Both the position numbers and the translations under genes were made by a program. DNA of 64,000 nucleotides. Origin: Candidatus Collierbacteria bacterium. Its GTDB lineage: Bacteria > Patescibacteriota > Microgenomatia > UBA1400 > JACPES01. Positions 60,677-64,000 of this stretch are shown piece after piece. The stretch spans positions 45,123 through 109,122 of the forward strand of contig JACRNH010000003.1 in NCBI GenBank assembly GCA_016219325.1. Direction: 5' to 3'. Positions within the stretch are counted from its first letter, which is position 1; every line of letters starts with the position of its first letter. The notes under the pieces are model-generated. The model was not told the DNA's origin, made no database searches, and saw nothing but the letters and a program-made list of their open reading frames with translations.

Positions 60677-61871
60677 AAACAGAGTTAAATCGTATTTTGC
60701 CTTAAACAAGTATTCTTCGTCCAAAACCGGTTTAATGATCGGGAAGGCTAAGACGCTAAAGGTTTTCCCGTTAAAGTCGGAATTTTTGGCTTTGCTGAAA
60801 GAAGCGGAACTTATCCGTAAATTAAAACCAAAATACAATATCAGCCTTAAGGATGATAAAACCCCAAGTTATATCGCAATTTTAAATAATAAAGATATTC
60901 CTAAAGTTGCGGTTGTCCGTCAAAATCATTTAAATCAATATAGGGAGGCGGAGATTTTCGGGCCATTTTTATCTTCAGGGGCCTTAAGAACGGTTTTGAA
61001 AATTGCCAGAAGAATTTTTCCTTATTGCGACCGGCCAACCTCGCATAAAGCGTGTTTTTATTATCATCTAAATCTTTGCCCGGGAATTTGCATTGGAAAA
61101 ATCAGTTCCGGAAACTATAAACAGCAGATTAACCGGTTAATTTTATTTTTAAGAGGCGACCATCAAAAGCTGCTGCGGCAATTGAGTTTGGAAATGAAAA
61201 GAAAATCAAAAGTGCTTGATTTTGAATCCGCATCAAAAATCCGGGACCAAATTTATGCCACAAACAATTTAAACACCGTAAATGCTTTTGGAGAATTTTC
61301 AACATTGTCTGATGTCATTGCGAGGAGTCCCGGTCAAATCGGGACGACGCGGCAATCTATTAAAGACAGATTCCCACGCTCTCTATCGTTCGCTCGGAAT
61401 GACAAAGGGATAAGAATTGAGGGTTACGACATCAGCCATCTCCAGGGGAAATGGGCCACGGCTTCAATGGTAGTGTTTCTCGGCGGAAAACCGGCTAAGG
61501 AAGAGTACCGTCAGTTCAGGGTTGAAAGTCCTCCATCGTCAGACGATCCCGGAATGTTATCCGAAACCCTAGCCAGAAGATTTCTGCATCCCGAGTGGAA
61601 TTTTCCGGATTTAATAATGATAGATGGCGGAGAGCCGCAAGTAAGAGGTATTTCTAAGTATTTCAAGAATCTTCCTGTCAAGTTGCCTAAAATGGTCGGG
61701 TTGGTTAAGGGAGAAGAAACAATTATCGTCCCGGAAAACAAGGAATATAAAAGATTAAATTTACCAAAATCGGACCCATTTTTAAAAATTCTGATGGCCA
61801 TCCGCGACGAATCCCACCGCTTTGCCAGACGCTACCATCATAAATTGCGCCTGAAGTCATTAATAGGCTAA
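60510..61871 (+). CDS. uvrC: Excinuclease ABC subunit C (short form)
   Basis: PGIY...YIGKSKNLKNRV.SYF (GIY-YIG), UVR motif (LDFE.A..IRD), RIEGYDISH, IDGG..Q, RDESHRFA; no C-terminal HhH. Confidence 0.93.
   Translation: MSIGQKEFLLLNQSLEFLLEPLRSPAFSLLPSAPGIYVFLDSSGIPIYIGKSKNLKNRVKSYFALNKYSSSKTGLMIGKAKTLKVFPLKSEFLALLKEAELIRKLKPKYNISLKDDKTPSYIAILNNKDIPKVAVVRQNHLNQYREAEIFGPFLSSGALRTVLKIARRIFPYCDRPTSHKACFYYHLNLCPGICIGKISSGNYKQQINRLILFLRGDHQKLLRQLSLEMKRKSKVLDFESASKIRDQIYATNNLNTVNAFGEFSTLSDVIARSPGQIGTTRQSIKDRFPRSLSFARNDKGIRIEGYDISHLQGKWATASMVVFLGGKPAKEEYRQFRVESPPSSDDPGMLSETLARRFLHPEWNFPDLIMIDGGEPQVRGISKYFKNLPVKLPKMVGLVKGEETIIVPENKEYKRLNLPKSDPFLKILMAIRDESHRFARRYHHKLRLKSLIG
61314..61403. repeat. REP/RPE-like element inserted in frame in uvrC (90 nt, 30 aa)
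   Basis: GTCATTGCGAG...GCAATCT...AGATTCCCACGC...CGCTCGGAATGAC; near reverse complement of 7739-7816. Confidence 0.9.
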
Positions 61872-61990
61872 TTTCATCTCAACATTTTCATTCGCGACTG
61901 CCGATCGGCAACCGCAAATAAAAAAATAGATTCTCGGACAAGTATTTCGATGGATGAGCTAAGAGTCATCGAACTGACAAAATGATTATA

Positions 61991-62046
61991 ACTTCAATTA
62001 TTTTCCTGCGGAGCAGGATCAGGCTCTGCCTGAAAATAATTGAAGT
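61991..62046. repeat. Three-way-junction element: 13-bp stem enclosing a 30-nt double hairpin
   Basis: ACTTCAATTATTT-[TCCTGCGGAGCAGGATCAGGCTCTGCCTGA]-AAATAATTGAAGT; the inner 30-mer is related to 1664-1693. Confidence 0.8.
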
Positions 62047-62162
62047 ATTATTTAAATCCCAGATTTATTTAACGATATCTAATCAAATAATTCTGAATAT
62101 TGAGATCAGCTCTTTAAAATGTTATCAGTGCCGCACCTTCTCAAGCGAGACAATTATCAGTT

Positions 62163-62756
62163 ATAACCAAGGAAACACAATTTAATGAAGAGAAAAGTCA
62201 GGGTCGAAGTCTCGTCTCATACGATCCTGGTAAAGAGGAATTAAGGCTTAATATTCCTTATCAGGACAGCGATATAAAAACACCAGAAAATGCTTCGAAT
62301 AACCTATCCCATCGATTATCAAGTGCATTAGAAAAGATTCCGGGAGAAAAATACTTCACAAATTTCTTGACAACTCTAGATGGAGAATTCGCGTCAGGTC
62401 AGGCAGCAGAGCTATCGATGCATACTGCCCGGATAGCCATGACTATACTTTTTGCTCCTGTCACTTATGGTTTATTTTCAGCAATAGCCAATGCGCCGCG
62501 TCCCTTGGAAACAATCGGCGTTCTTGCTGCAGCGAATTTAGTAGATATAGCTAATGATTTGAAACTTGCTATTGATTTATTAAATGGAAAACATGTAGAT
62601 GAGAAAAAGGCATGGATAGCTGAATGCATAGCCGAGAATCCTTTTAGAGCTCTTTATCCAGCCTCTCTTGTCGACGAGTTTTTACTTCCAGCAACGAAAA
62701 TGCTGGCGCATAACAGCGTTACCTCGACCCAACTTCTTAGATCAAGCGAGAAATAA
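62163..62756 (+). CDS. Hypothetical membrane protein (start uncertain, possibly ATA)
   Basis: Frame is open from 62118 with no ATG until 62418. ATA-ACC-AAG-GAA at 62163 is a plausible N-terminus; hydrophobic segments present. Confidence 0.45.
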   Translation: MTKETQFNEEKSQGRSLVSYDPGKEELRLNIPYQDSDIKTPENASNNLSHRLSSALEKIPGEKYFTNFLTTLDGEFASGQAAELSMHTARIAMTILFAPVTYGLFSAIANAPRPLETIGVLAAANLVDIANDLKLAIDLLNGKHVDEKKAWIAECIAENPFRALYPASLVDEFLLPATKMLAHNSVTSTQLLRSSEK

Positions 62757-62797
62757 CTGTTTGCACTCCAGTCTCGAAACGGATAAAATCAACAGTA

Positions 62798-63202
62798 ATG
62801 AAAAATATTTTAAAGTCTTTTTTAATCAATGCCGTGGCTCTATACGTTTTGACGGTTATTATTCCGGCGTTTAAGATTAGCGGCGGGCTGAATTCTTTTT
62901 TGACGGCCGGAGCGACTTTGACGTTATTAAATTTATTGGTCAAGCCGATCTTGAATTTACTGCTGTTGCCGATTAATTTATTATCGCTCGGATTTTTCCG
63001 TTGGGCATCCAGCGTTTTAATTATTTGGATGCTGTCAAAATTAACTCCGGGATTGTCAATCTCAAATTACAGTTTTCAGGGATTTAACTATAACGGAGTG
63101 ATTCTTCCGGCATTGCAATTCAGTGTCCTCTGGACTCTGATCATCGGTTCGTTTATGATGTCGATTATAACCACGCTTTTGGATTGGGTCTTAAACGAAT
63201 GA
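62798..63202 (+). CDS. Four-TM YvlD-like ('phage holin family') membrane protein
   Basis: LN.LVKPIL.LL.LPIN..SLG.F pattern; four TM helices. Confidence 0.85.
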   Translation: MKNILKSFLINAVALYVLTVIIPAFKISGGLNSFLTAGATLTLLNLLVKPILNLLLLPINLLSLGFFRWASSVLIIWMLSKLTPGLSISNYSFQGFNYNGVILPALQFSVLWTLIIGSFMMSIITTLLDWVLNE

Positions 63203-63405
63203 TTTATTTACAAATTGTAATTTCATTACTGCTGATTATTTTAATTTTGATTCAGGGCCAATCGGGCGGCAAAGGCATTTTATGGGAATCAATGAAAACT
63301 TCTTACCATACTAAGCACGGAGCTGAAAAAATTGTTTTTTTAATGACTATTGTGATGACTGTCATATTTATTACCGCGGCCATAGCCAACTTGTTAACCG
63401 GTTAA
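63199..63405 (+). CDS. secG: Preprotein translocase subunit SecG
   Basis: Q....LI..IL.Q...GG.G....YHT.HG.EK..F..TI; 68 aa with two TM helices. Confidence 0.85.
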   Translation: MIYLQIVISLLLIILILIQGQSGGKGILWESMKTSYHTKHGAEKIVFLMTIVMTVIFITAAIANLLTG

Positions 63406-63408
63406 TTT

Positions 63409-64000
63409 ATGTTTAAAAGTTTAAGGTTCGGGTGGTGGCTGACTAAAGCTTTTTTATCCCGCCACGGTAAAACTATATTTTGGGCAATTGGTTTAAGTAT
63501 TTTTTCAGCATTAATTATCCTCAAGTCACTGCCAAAAATATTGTCTGTTTTAAGGCCTATCCGGCGGACCTCAACAATTGCTTTGGTCGGTAAAGTCCAC
63601 ACCAATGAACTTCCGGCAGAAATTTTAAATAAACTCAGCTCAGGATTAACATTAATTGACGAATCCGGACGGGCTATTCCAGGGCTGGCCAAATCATGGA
63701 CTGTATCAGATGACGGTAAATCATATATTTTTACTCTTAATAAAACTAAGGTTTGGCATGACGGCGCCATTATCACTTCAAGGGATGTCAATATTGCGAT
63801 TGATCACGTCACAACAGAAATTCTAGACGATTCCTCAATCAAATTTATTCTAGAAGAACCATACGCTCCCTTTCCAACCGTTTTGGCCAAACCATTGTTT
63901 AAAAATAGACTGACAGGGACAGGTGAGTCACGCCTGAAAAAATTAAATCTTAACGGTGAATTTGTTGATAGCATCTCTATTCAAAATGGCAGTTTAACCG
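63409..64000 (+). CDS. ABC transporter substrate-binding protein, family 5 (3' partial)
   Basis: Manual translation from ATG 63409 gives GLTLIDESGRAIPGLAKSWTVSDDGKSYIFTL....WHDG..ITSRDV; open to the window end. Confidence 0.85.
   Translation, partial: MFKSLRFGWWLTKAFLSRHGKTIFWAIGLSIFSALIILKSLPKILSVLRPIRRTSTIALVGKVHTNELPAEILNKLSSGLTLIDESGRAIPGLAKSWTVSDDGKSYIFTLNKTKVWHDGAIITSRDVNIAIDHVTTEILDDSSIKFILEEPYAPFPTVLAKPLFKNRLTGTGESRLKKLNLNGEFVDSISIQNGSLT

Noticed and set aside
62798-63202. Prophage suggested by the 'phage holin family', LysM and metallopeptidase genes
   Set aside because: These genes are scattered among housekeeping genes; no integrase, terminase, capsid or tail genes.

Overview
64-kb window from a small-genome bacterium. 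Gene content and protein style suggest CPR/Patescibacteria (Microgenomates-like; inference). It is mostly core genes: 5 tRNAs, polX, lemA-htpX-clpB, gatC::gatA-gatB-dnaE-pyrG-rplS, an F-type ATP synthase operon, ruvC/A/B, holA, sugar-phosphate and lower-glycolysis genes (pmm, pgi/pmi, ppsA, eno, gpmI, acs, 2-oxoacid:ferredoxin oxidoreductase), lexA-uvrB-uvrA-uvrC and secG. The unusual layer is a dense population of small structured DNA elements, many inserted in frame in essential genes. (1) A RAYT/Y1 (HUH) transposase carries four copies of its own 23-bp palindrome, two flanking it and two translated inside it. (2) A TrpR-like gene is bracketed exactly by two copies of a 26-28-bp palindrome. 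(3) A family of GTCATT...AATGAC REP/RPE-like elements includes one copy translated inside uvrC. (4) About 30 degenerate 7/8/9/10-nt periodic tracts occur as head-to-head inverted arms between genes and as in-frame insertions in gatB, uvrA, uvrB, ppsA, polX, clpB and others. (5) A 30-nt double hairpin sits in hairpin loops, including a broken tRNA. Also noted: GatC-GatA and delta(C-terminal)-alpha fusions, an atpD lacking its N-terminus, and several apparent ATA starts or single C:G>T:A lesions. All calls come from manual reading of motifs; no database searches were run.
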